From contig CAWGYD010000006.1 of NCBI GenBank assembly GCA_963826785.1, forward strand, positions 512,001 to 576,000: a stretch of DNA of 64,000 bases, given 5' to 3'. Below, in pieces: positions 55,718 through 64,000 of this stretch (the stretch's first letter is position 1; each line of letters starts with the position of its first letter). The translations under genes were made by a program, and so were the position numbers. Source of the stretch: an uncultured delta proteobacterium. GTDB lineage: Bacteria; Desulfobacterota; Desulfobacteria; Desulfobacterales; Desulfosalsimonadaceae. Under the pieces are notes generated by a model, which was not told the origin of the DNA, ran no database searches, and was given only the letters and a program-made list of their open reading frames with translations.

Positions 55718-56503
55718 TTAATTTGAATAACCCGGCAAGCCGAATTGCGCAAGACACTTTCGAATGGAACCAAGCGCCGGCGGGTCTTTGATATCGAGCA
55801 GGCTGGTTCCGGCCATGTCCGCGCGCCGGACCACATCATCTTCCGGGATCCAGCCCAGGCAATCAAGTCCGGGGACCATGTCGATGCCGCCCATTTCAAC
55901 TTCATCCCGGACCCGGTTTACGATGAGTCCGGCTGCCTCGTAATCGATGGTGCCATCCGATACGTCCTTGATGGTCCTGGCCACATTCAGCCCCCGGGCC
56001 GAAGCGTCCGAGACCAGGAGAAGGTGGGTGACCTTTTCCATGACCCGGCGGTTGACCTGCTCGATGCCGGCTTCCCCGTCGATGACCACCACGTCGAAGT
56101 TGCCGGAGAGATCGGCGATAATATCCTTTAAAATGTGGTTCACCTGGCAGTAGCACCCTTCCTTTTCGGGGCGGCCGATGGCCAGGAAGGCCAGGTTGTC
56201 CCGTTCCTTCAACGCGGAGAACAGCTCGTAATCGAGACGCGAGAGGATCGTCTGCCGGTCGGCGGATTTACCCTCCTGCACCCGGGCGATGAGGTCGTTG
56301 CGGATGTCGTCCACCGTCTTGTGTACGCTAACCCCCAGGGCCGATGCCAGCCCCACGGCCGGATCCGCATCGATGGCCAGCACCCGGCGGTCGGGGTTTT
56401 CCAAAGCCAGCCGCACGATCAGGGCGCTCAGGGAAGTCTTTCCCACGCCTCCCTTGCCGCAGACGGCAATCACAATTGGCCGTTTATATTTCATTTTATC
56501 CAT
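55718..56503 (-). CDS. CooC/AcsF-type metal-insertion ATPase
   Basis: GKGGVGKT deviant Walker A, DADP, GCYC metal motif, DGEAGIEQVNR. Confidence 0.85.
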   Translation of the reverse strand: MDKMKYKRPIVIAVCGKGGVGKTSLSALIVRLALENPDRRVLAIDADPAVGLASALGVSVHKTVDDIRNDLIARVQEGKSADRQTILSRLDYELFSALKERDNLAFLAIGRPEKEGCYCQVNHILKDIIADLSGNFDVVVIDGEAGIEQVNRRVMEKVTHLLLVSDASARGLNVARTIKDVSDGTIDYEAAGLIVNRVRDEVEMGGIDMVPGLDCLGWIPEDDVVRRADMAGTSLLDIKDPPALGSIRKCLAQFGLPGYSN

Positions 56504-56577
56504 AATTTATCGATTTATTCGCACTTGTGTACTTGTGAGGTGCCAGCGTTTATTTCAGCAGTCGTTTAGGGCGTGGC

Positions 56578-56741
56578 TGACGGGCGCGCAAACAGGGATC
56601 CGGCCGCTCAGTGATATTTTTGCCGGACGGGAACAGGTTTCGAGCGGAATCGTACTTTGCGATAATCGGCGAATTCCCGTTTGATTTCCGATGCAAAAAT
56701 CTCAAATTTCGCTTGCCGGACCCCTGTTTACGTACCCGTCA
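56578..56741. repeat. Long imperfect palindromic (MITE-like / hairpin) element
   Basis: 27-bp arms 56578-56604 and 56715-56741 (4 mismatches) with inner complementary blocks. Confidence 0.75.
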
Positions 56742-56808
56742 GGAGATTGGGCGCTGAAATTTCGTTCATGAGCATTTTGCAGGAACTTAAAGCAATAAGC
56801 AAACCGCA

Positions 56809-57540
56809 TCAATTCCCTTTTCCCTTCATTGCGCGATGCACCGCCCGCAGATCCGCAACATCCTCGCATATGGCATTGTACTCGCATTCGTCGCAGTCGA
56901 AGGTGAGGTCATCGGCCATTTTGTTCATGGCGCCGATGATGCTCGATACGCCGGAGGCGATCTGCTGCAGTTTGATCACATCGTCTTTGCCCGAAGTGAC
57001 GAAAAGCACTTCCGCGGCATGGACATAGTCGAGATTTAAAAATTGATCGATCAGGCCCCCGCCCAGGGTTTGGAACGAAAATCCACCAAAAAGCGCTTCT
57101 TTGCTCACCCGGCTCCATTCCCGGCCGTACTGGGAGACCGCCCGCATCATGTAGCCCTTCAGGTGAAGGTCGTAGCGTAAAAGCTCCATCTCCCGGTACC
57201 GGTCATAGCTGTTGTCCGCGTCAAAACCGGTGCCGCCCAGCAGGACCACCTTGCCGAAAGATGCCTGCCGGCCCGAAAGCGCCGCAAGATCAGGGCCGAT
57301 GAGGGTGATCCGGCCGTGCTTGATTTTTTCCGGGTCGTTGATCCAGATGAGAAAGGAGGCGGAGGCGTCTTTTGGATTTCCCAGTTCCACGGCGGTATCC
57401 TGGGCCATCACCAGGTTCCGGTTTCTGTCCGTGGGCCATGATATCTGTCCCCGGTGGACATGTTCGGAAAAATCCGCCCGGCCGCGGTTCGTATCCATGA
57501 AAGCCCGGATGTACTCAATTTGCTGTTCAAATAGTTCCAT
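56809..57540 (-). CDS. Short CO dehydrogenase/acetyl-CoA synthase beta-subunit (CdhC)-like protein
   Basis: VELG, GRITLIGPDL, YMMRA, WSRVSKEAL..GFSF..LG echo ACS middle-domain motifs; C-terminal CDECEY..IC. Confidence 0.65.
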   Translation of the reverse strand: MELFEQQIEYIRAFMDTNRGRADFSEHVHRGQISWPTDRNRNLVMAQDTAVELGNPKDASASFLIWINDPEKIKHGRITLIGPDLAALSGRQASFGKVVLLGGTGFDADNSYDRYREMELLRYDLHLKGYMMRAVSQYGREWSRVSKEALFGGFSFQTLGGGLIDQFLNLDYVHAAEVLFVTSGKDDVIKLQQIASGVSSIIGAMNKMADDLTFDCDECEYNAICEDVADLRAVHRAMKGKGN

Positions 57541-57545
57541 TCAGC

Positions 57546-58946
57546 CTACAGCAGCCCCCTTACCTGGAAGAACTCGTCCAGCCGGTCTTTCGTGGCTTCC
57601 CAGGATTCCACCCGGTCGTCAAAGGCATCGTCGTACATGATATGCACCGGAAAATTTTGTTTTTCGATCTCCCTGGCAAAGGGCTTGACCATCCCCCAGG
57701 TGTTGCGGCAGCCCGGGGTGCCGTTGTAGATCACGCAGTCCGCCTGGTAGAGCCTCGCGCAGGCGAGCGTCTCTTCCAGCCACTGGCCGTGCCGGTCATA
57801 GGGGCCCCGGATGGAGCGGACCATGGGCATCCGGGCGTTCATCTGGGCAATGGAATCCAGCATGGCCTCCGGAGAGGAGGTGTCGATGTCATAGGTGTTG
57901 TCCGGCAGGTCTTTGCTGTATTTGTTCCCCGCCCGGAAATTGCGGGTCAGGATGGAGCCGGTGTGGGCGATGCCCCGGGCTTCCAGGTAGTGATAGAAGT
58001 TCATGTCCACGGTGTAGTGATCGATATAGCACATGACCAGGCGCAGCTTCTCCTCTCCGCAGGAAAGCCCGGGCACGCCTCCGGCGATTCTGCGGCGGGC
58101 GGTATCCACCATCACTTCCAGCAGCTCGGTGTACTCCGGGTCCCCGGAAAAGCAGAACCGGCCCGCATAGATCATCAGTGAAAAGATGGGCGGGATGGGG
58201 GTGGGGACCAGCATGAGCATGTCCTCCATCTCCGCGGTCAGGGCATCCTGCTTCCCGATCTCGGCCAGAATCTTCGCCAGCCGGTCATAATCGAGTTTTT
58301 TGCCGGAATGCTTCTCAATGAAATCGATCATGGTCTTGTAGTCGTCGATGTGATACTGCTGGGAGCGCTCATCGCCGATGGTGCTGGGGTAGTTGAGCTG
58401 GTAAAAGGGCTTATCCAGGTATGTGGCGGCAAAGGCGAACGCGTTGGCGTTGGTGTCGCACACCCCGGGAGTGTCGCAGATGACAAAATCGATTTTTTCG
58501 CACAGCCCCGCCAGGTAAGCCCCCAGAAAGCCGCGCTGGGAAGAGCAGGAGGTTTCCGGCATCCCCACCTCCACGCAGAAATCCATGTAGTCGAACATCC
58601 CCCGCTTCCATACCATGGAGCCGATGGCGGTCAACACCTCAAAGGTGGCCGGCACGATGTCCATGGCATAGAGGATGGCCGGGGTGCTGCAGAAGGTGGT
58701 GGCGGCAATCGGCTTCCCCTGGGCTCTGGCGGTAAGGATGTTCTCGTAGTATTTTCCCAAAAGTTTTAGAAAGCGGATGCCCGGCGGACCGGCTTCGATG
58801 AAGGACCGGACCACGTCGCTGTAGTTGGGGATATACCGGTATGTGTTCTCGATTTCCTTGGATGTCCCGGCCGGCAGCAGGGCTGCGGTGGCCAAGGTCC
58901 TCCCCATCACCCAGTCGTAGGGGTATTCTTTGATTTCGGGTCTCAT
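57546..58946 (-). CDS. 2-hydroxyacyl-CoA dehydratase / benzoyl-CoA reductase family subunit (paralog 2)
   Basis: ILYAMDI, ETSCSSQRG, CDTPGVCD, GTPGCR, DAFDDR. Confidence 0.85.
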   Translation of the reverse strand: MRPEIKEYPYDWVMGRTLATAALLPAGTSKEIENTYRYIPNYSDVVRSFIEAGPPGIRFLKLLGKYYENILTARAQGKPIAATTFCSTPAILYAMDIVPATFEVLTAIGSMVWKRGMFDYMDFCVEVGMPETSCSSQRGFLGAYLAGLCEKIDFVICDTPGVCDTNANAFAFAATYLDKPFYQLNYPSTIGDERSQQYHIDDYKTMIDFIEKHSGKKLDYDRLAKILAEIGKQDALTAEMEDMLMLVPTPIPPIFSLMIYAGRFCFSGDPEYTELLEVMVDTARRRIAGGVPGLSCGEEKLRLVMCYIDHYTVDMNFYHYLEARGIAHTGSILTRNFRAGNKYSKDLPDNTYDIDTSSPEAMLDSIAQMNARMPMVRSIRGPYDRHGQWLEETLACARLYQADCVIYNGTPGCRNTWGMVKPFAREIEKQNFPVHIMYDDAFDDRVESWEATKDRLDEFFQVRGLL

Positions 58947-58991
58947 TTTCCGCTTACTCCGTAAATGTTAATCGCCATGCTGTGGAAGTTC

Positions 58992-59774
58992 TTACCGCTT
59001 TGCCTTCTCCCGCGCATACAGCGCCGCGCCCAGCGCGCCCATGATCTGGGGATCGGCGCCGTTTAATGATTTCATGTGGATTTCAAGAGTTTCGCCCAGG
59101 GCGGCAAATACCCCCTGGTTTTTGGCCACTCCGCCGGTCATGACCACGTCGTGGGCCATATCGATGCTTTTGGCCAGAGAGGCCACCCGCCGGGCCAGGG
59201 CGTGGTGCAGGGCGTTGATGATGTCCGCGGTCTCCTTCCCTTCGTTGACCAGCGAGATCACCTCGGTTTCCGCAAAAATCACGCACTGGTTGGAAATGGA
59301 AAGCCTTTCCGTGGACTGGGCCCCGATTTCGCCCATCTTGTCCAGGGGAATTTCCAGGGCTTCGGCCATGACCTCTAAAAAGCGTCCGGTGCCCGAGGCG
59401 CATTTGTCGTTGTAGATGTATCGGGCCACCTTGCCGCTGTCGTCCAGCCGGGTCGCCTTGGCATCCTGGCCGCCGATGTCGATGATCATGCGTACAGAGG
59501 GCATGAGGTGAAAGGCGCCCTTGGCGTGGCAGGAGATTTCCGATTCCACGCTGTCCACGAAAGGGATCTGCTCACGGCCGTAGCCCGTGCCCACCATGCA
59601 TTGAATGTCTTCCATGGACAGGCCCGCCTTTTGGAGGGCCGCCCCCATCACCTCTATGGCAGATTCGGCCGGCCGCGTCCGGGCCCGCATCACCGCATCG
59701 GCGACAATTTTATCCCCCTCCAGGATGACCGCCTTGGCCGTCAGGGACCCGATATCACATCCTGCGACAATCAT
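58992..59774 (-). CDS. ATP-dependent CoA-substrate-specific activase (ASKHA; HgdC/BcrAD-like)
   Basis: GCDIGS, TGYGR, EISCHAKG, DIGGQD, NDKCASGTG, CVIFAETE, TGGVAKN. Confidence 0.92.
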   Translation of the reverse strand: MIVAGCDIGSLTAKAVILEGDKIVADAVMRARTRPAESAIEVMGAALQKAGLSMEDIQCMVGTGYGREQIPFVDSVESEISCHAKGAFHLMPSVRMIIDIGGQDAKATRLDDSGKVARYIYNDKCASGTGRFLEVMAEALEIPLDKMGEIGAQSTERLSISNQCVIFAETEVISLVNEGKETADIINALHHALARRVASLAKSIDMAHDVVMTGGVAKNQGVFAALGETLEIHMKSLNGADPQIMGALGAALYAREKAKR

Positions 59775-59869
59775 TTAGTTTTCTCCTGTGTGCTTTTTTA
59801 AAATTCACAATTCACTATGGACAACCTCTTTAAAGCCCCCGCTCTCAAATGAATCGTGCATGGTCAATT

Positions 59870-60670
59870 TTATGAAGCTTTCCGCTGCCCGTTGACCTTC
59901 TCCCAGGATAGAAGCGCCGCGCCAATGGCGCCGGCGATCTGGGGGTCGGCCTTGCGGGTCTTTTTGATGGTTTTGCCCAGAAGCTTCTCCAGCGTGGAAA
60001 CCACCCCGATGTTCTTGGCCACGCCGCCGGACATGAAGATGTCGCCTTCGGGTTTTACCGCATTGACCAGGATGGCCACCCGGGCGGCCATGGCCGTGTT
60101 GATCCCCGCGCCGATGTCCTCGAGGGGCACCCCGGAATTGATGTACTTGATCACATCCGCCTGGGCCCACACCGTGCAGGTGGAGGCCAGGGTAATGGGG
60201 TTTTTGGCCGAAAGGGAGAGTTTGCCCAGCTCCTCCATGCTCACACCGAGGACCTTGGCCATGACCTCCAGAAACCGCCCCGTTCCCGAAGCGCACTTGT
60301 CGTTGGCCATGAATTTGACCACGTTGCCGTCTTCATCGATGCGCATGGTCTTGCAGTCCTGGCCGCCGATGTCGATGACCGTCTTGGCCGACGGCATCAG
60401 CCAGCGGGCGCCTCTGCCGTGGCAGGAGATTTCAGACACCGATTCATCCACAAACCCGATCCGGTCCCGGCCGTAGCCGGTGCCGATGCAGTATTTGATT
60501 TCGTCCCTGCCGATTCCGGCTTTTTCCAGCACCGCGGCCATGACCGCATCCGCAGAGTCCCCGGGCCGGGGTTTGGATTTGATGATGGCGCTGGCCACAA
60601 TCCGGTTGTTTTTCATGATCACGGCTTTTGAGGTCAGTGATCCGACATCGCAGCCTAAAACGTAATTCAT
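59870..60670 (-). CDS. Second ATP-dependent activase (ASKHA; HgdC/BcrAD-like)
   Basis: GCDVGS, TGYGR, EISCHGRG, DIGGQD, NDKCASGTG, STCTVWAQAD, SGGVAKN. Confidence 0.92.
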   Translation of the reverse strand: MNYVLGCDVGSLTSKAVIMKNNRIVASAIIKSKPRPGDSADAVMAAVLEKAGIGRDEIKYCIGTGYGRDRIGFVDESVSEISCHGRGARWLMPSAKTVIDIGGQDCKTMRIDEDGNVVKFMANDKCASGTGRFLEVMAKVLGVSMEELGKLSLSAKNPITLASTCTVWAQADVIKYINSGVPLEDIGAGINTAMAARVAILVNAVKPEGDIFMSGGVAKNIGVVSTLEKLLGKTIKKTRKADPQIAGAIGAALLSWEKVNGQRKAS

Positions 60671-62067
60671 AACAGCCCCCTTACGTGAAAGAATTCATCC
60701 AGGCGGTCTTTGGTGGCATCCCATGACTCCACCCGGTCGTCGAATGCATCGTCGTACATGATGTGGGTGGGAAACCCGTTTTTCTCCATGTCCCTGGCAA
60801 AGGGCTTGACCATCCCCCAGGTGTTGCGGCATCCCGGCGTGCCGTTGTAGATCACGCAGTCGGCCTGGGTGAGTTTCGCCAGGGCCAGGGATTCCTCCAG
60901 CCACATACCTTTGCGATCGTAGGGGCCGCGGATGGAGCGGACCATGGGGAGCCGCGCGTTCATCTGGGCGATGGAGTCGAGCATGGCCTCCGGGGTGGAG
61001 ATGTCGATCCCGTAGGATGAACCCTCCATGCCCTTGACATATTCGTTGTTATCCGCAAAATTGCGGGTCAGGATGGAGCCGGTGTGCCCGATGCCCCGCT
61101 CCTCCAGGTAATTCCAGAACTTGAGATCCACCGTGTAGTGATCGATATAGCACATGAATACGCGCAGCTTTTCCTCCCCGGATGTCAGGCCGGAAAGCCC
61201 TGTCCTTGCCTTTTCCCGTGTGGCCGAAACCATGGTCTCAAGCAGGTCCGTGAATACTTTCTGGCCGGAGAACAGGAAACGGCCGGCATACAGCGCCAGG
61301 TTGTAGATGGGGGGAAAGGGGATGGGAACCAGAAGCTGCATGTCCTCCAGTTCGGAAATCAGCGCATCCTGCCTGTTCACCTCCCCAAGGGCTTCGGCCA
61401 GGCGGTCGTAGTCCAGCTTCCGCCCCGAATGTTCCTCGATGAAGGCGACCATGGCCTTGTAGTCGTCGATGTGATACTTCTGTGACCGGTCATCGCCGAT
61501 GGCGCTGGGGTAGTTGAGCTGGAAAAAGGGGATGTGCAGGTATTCCGAGGCAAAGGAAAAGGCGTTGGCATTGGTGTCGCACACGCCGGGGGTATCGCAG
61601 ATGACCATATCGATCTTTTCAGTCAGCCCGGAAAGGATCGCCCCCAGGGCGCCCCGCTGGGAAGAGCAGGAGGTCTCGGGCATGCCCGCTTCCACGCAGA
61701 AATCGAAATAATCGAACATGCCCCGTTTCCATATCAGCTGGGCCAGGCCCGTCCATATTTCGAAGGTGACCGGTACCAGGTCCATGGCATACAGGATCAC
61801 CGGCGAGTTGCAGAAGGTGGTGCCCACGATCTTTTTCCCCTTCGATCGGGCATTCAGCACGTTCTCGTAATAGAGTGCCAGCAGATTGAAGAGCTTGATC
61901 CCCACTTCCCCGGCATTGAAAATGGTACCGGCGCTATCCTTGTAAGCCGGGATATAGCGCAGGACCAGTTCGGTCTCCCTGGCGGTGCCCAGCGGCACCC
62001 GGGAAGCCGCCGAAAGCGTCTTTCCCATCAGCCAGTCGTAATTGTATTCGGTCATCTCGGGCCGCAT
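60667..62067 (-). CDS. 2-hydroxyacyl-CoA dehydratase / benzoyl-CoA reductase family subunit (paralog 1)
   Basis: Starts MRPEMTEYNYDW; colinear with 57546 gene, same Cys motifs. Confidence 0.85.
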   Translation of the reverse strand: MRPEMTEYNYDWLMGKTLSAASRVPLGTARETELVLRYIPAYKDSAGTIFNAGEVGIKLFNLLALYYENVLNARSKGKKIVGTTFCNSPVILYAMDLVPVTFEIWTGLAQLIWKRGMFDYFDFCVEAGMPETSCSSQRGALGAILSGLTEKIDMVICDTPGVCDTNANAFSFASEYLHIPFFQLNYPSAIGDDRSQKYHIDDYKAMVAFIEEHSGRKLDYDRLAEALGEVNRQDALISELEDMQLLVPIPFPPIYNLALYAGRFLFSGQKVFTDLLETMVSATREKARTGLSGLTSGEEKLRVFMCYIDHYTVDLKFWNYLEERGIGHTGSILTRNFADNNEYVKGMEGSSYGIDISTPEAMLDSIAQMNARLPMVRSIRGPYDRKGMWLEESLALAKLTQADCVIYNGTPGCRNTWGMVKPFARDMEKNGFPTHIMYDDAFDDRVESWDATKDRLDEFFHVRGLL

Positions 62068-62115
62068 ATGTTTGATCCTATTTGCTTTTGCGGGTTTAGG
62101 GGTTTCGTTCCGGCG

Positions 62116-62396
62116 AAACACCCCCCTGACCCCCCTCAAGGGGGGAATCTACAGGTGTTAATCCCCCTCAAGGGGAAACACCCCCCTAACCCCCCTCAAG
62201 GGGGGACTGTGAAAAGGGGGACTGTGAAAAACGGATTCCCCCCTTAGAGGGATGGCCATTATGCTTGTGGATTCCCCCCTTGAGGGGGGCGAAGGGGGGT
62301 GTTCCCACGCCGGTCACCACATCCATCTTTAAATCCATACACAAGGGGGAATCCACAATCGTAATAATCCCCCCTTGAGGGGGGTTGGGGGGTGTT
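62116..62396. repeat. Array of REP-like palindromes (four full, about two partial copies, both orientations)
   Basis: AACACCCCCCT(G/A)ACCCCCCTCAAGGGGGGA at 62117 and 62177; reverse copies at ~62271-62303 and 62367-62396. Confidence 0.85.
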
Positions 62397-63561
62397 CAAC
62401 CCGCTTTTTTCTGCTTCTCCCGGCCGGTCATCCGCTCCAGGAAGGCGTTGATCCGAAGCTTCATCCGGCCCGCGTCGATATGGGGGCCGTATTCGCGCTC
62501 CACCCGCAGGCAGGGGATGCCCATTTCCTCCAGGTCCCGCTCGAACAGCGCGTTTTCCGCGCCGTGCAGGTCGCAGAAGCGGATGTTCTGCATGATCACC
62601 CCGTCGGCCTTGGACCGGACGATCCGCTCCTTTAAGAAGGCTCAGCCGTTCCTTGTATTTGCCGAACATGCGGGGGCAGACCGACGACCCCAGGTAATGC
62701 TCGGCCAGAGCCGCAACCGGATCGCCGTCTTCGGCAATCTCTGTGCCCTCGTAGCGGATGCCGAAGCACAGGTTCTCCCCCACCACCAGGGCTTTTTCCG
62801 TGTTTTCGATCAGCTCGAACAGGTCGATCTCGTCGCTGACGCTCCCCACCACCAAAATCGCGCTTTTTGCCTGCGTTTAACGCTTTTTTCCGGCGTTTCA
62901 GGTTGGTGATCCAGGCTTTGAGTTCCCTGGTGTATTCGTCTCTGGGCATCACCGTGCCGGCCACGGTGGCGGCAAAGGCATCGGTGCCCGTGACCACCAC
63001 ATCATCCTGGGCCCGAAGGTCCTCCAGTTCCCGGAGCAGCCGGCGCCCCTGGTTGAATTCGGAAATGGCGGCGCTGAGCTTGTCAGGGGTGATGGAAACC
63101 TTGAAGTGGTCCTCCACGCTTTTGATCAGAAGCTTGATTTCCTCGATGTACCAGTCCATGCCGTGGGCTTCGGCCTTGTGGGGAACGTCGAAGTAATAGA
63201 AGTAATCGGGGACGATCCCTTCGTAGTCCTCGCCCGCTTTTCGCCAGCATTCATCCAGCCGCCGCATGCCGTCGCACCCCGGGGTGATGATGGCCCCGTC
63301 CAGAAAGGAAAACTTGCCTTTGCCCGCCAGCTGCAGGATGCACTTGGGAAAGGTGCAGATAAACGGCCCGAAATAGGTGTCCCCCACCTCGGTCCCCTCG
63401 GTTTCGATCCCCCGCAGGCGCACCGGCAGGATGTTTGCGGCATAAAAGATCTCACCCGGGGTGTAGGAGCAGGTATAGCCCACCACAGGCTTCCCTGACT
63501 GCTTCCAGGCCATAATGGACTGGCTGTTGACCTTTGTGGCCGCATCATAGAAGATATCCAT
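62396..63561 (-). CDS. 2-hydroxyacyl-CoA dehydratase beta / BcrC-like subunit; frameshifts ~62865 and ~62635
   Basis: VGYTCSYTPGEI, ICTFPK, GCDGMRR, ENLCFG, CPRM, RFCDLHG, LRINAFLE across three frames. Confidence 0.82.
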
Positions 63562-63564
63562 CGC

Positions 63565-64000
63565 CTACACCTCCTGTTGGTTGAACAGTTCGCCCAGGGA
63601 CTGTCGGGCCGCCTGTGCATCGTCTTCATATTCGTCGTCTGCGGGTTTCAGGACCTGCACGATCCAGTTGACCAGTCCCGGCACCACGGCCCGGGCCGCA
63701 GGGGATGGCTGCGCCTGGCTGAAAATTTTGCGTGAAGCTTCGGCAAGCTCGTAATCGTCTATGGCCGACAGAAACTGGCCGATAAATCCGGAAATGGATT
63801 CGGGCTGCGCATCTCCCACCCGGTTGAACAGCCGCAGGGTCTGGTTGACCACCTCGGCCGCCTCCTGAACGTCATAGGCGTTAAGACTTCGCGATACCGA
63901 CCCGGCGGCCTCGGCGTCATCCAGTGCCTCCCAGAAGGAAAGCCGGCGGTTTACGGTTTTGACCCGGATGTTGGTGATTTCCGGCCCCTTGATCAGGGCG
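63565..64000 (-). CDS. Hypothetical helical protein, 5' end beyond window
   Basis: Frame open from 63999 (ALIKGPEITNIRV...) to stop at 63565; its end contains the GGAGG RBS of the next gene. Confidence 0.7.
   Translation of the reverse strand, partial: ALIKGPEITNIRVKTVNRRLSFWEALDDAEAAGSVSRSLNAYDVQEAAEVVNQTLRLFNRVGDAQPESISGFIGQFLSAIDDYELAEASRKIFSQAQPSPAARAVVPGLVNWIVQVLKPADDEYEDDAQAARQSLGELFNQQEV

Noticed and set aside
62116..62396. CRISPR array
   Set aside because: Repeats occur in both orientations with irregular spacing, no uniform unique spacers and no cas genes
50595..64000. Calling the cluster a canonical benzoyl-CoA reductase (bcr) or Wood-Ljungdahl locus
   Set aside because: Subunit count differs, no dienoyl-CoA hydratase or ring-cleavage genes and no CODH/CFeSP are visible; only family-level assignment is supported

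Overview
GC-rich chromosomal window from a sulfate-reducing deltaproteobacterium (Desulfobacterota, probably Desulfobacteria; inferred from reductive-type dsrMKJOP and gene order). The left half is mostly core genome: dsrMKJOP; rplU-rpmA-obgE-proB-proA-nadD-rsfS-gpmI; two tRNA-Ser; mnmG; a DnaJ/CbpA protein; hpt; a zinc-finger/acidic-repeat/DUF3426-type protein; tRNA-Met; ddl; a purD-purE fusion; and tsaC. The middle is mixed accessory DNA: acyl-CoA dehydrogenase, deaD, a DASS transporter, kup, aroK, cobQ and pirin remnants, an acyl-CoA ligase and a di-heme peroxidase. The right end (about 50.6-64 kb, minus strand, running off the window) is the most unusual part. This co-oriented cluster encodes three 2-hydroxyacyl-CoA dehydratase/benzoyl-CoA reductase-family subunits, two ATP-dependent activases, a short acetyl-CoA-synthase-beta-like protein, a CooC-type ATPase, an Fe-S protein, an aldehyde:ferredoxin oxidoreductase, an acyl-thioesterase, a ferredoxin and a GntR regulator. 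It is interrupted by a REP-like G/C palindrome array and a long palindromic element. Many genes, including essential ones, carry single-base frameshifts, often at homopolymers. These most likely reflect long-read consensus errors, which probably also create the apparent obgE-proB and rsfS-gpmI fusions. All product calls come from motif recognition by eye, not from database searches.
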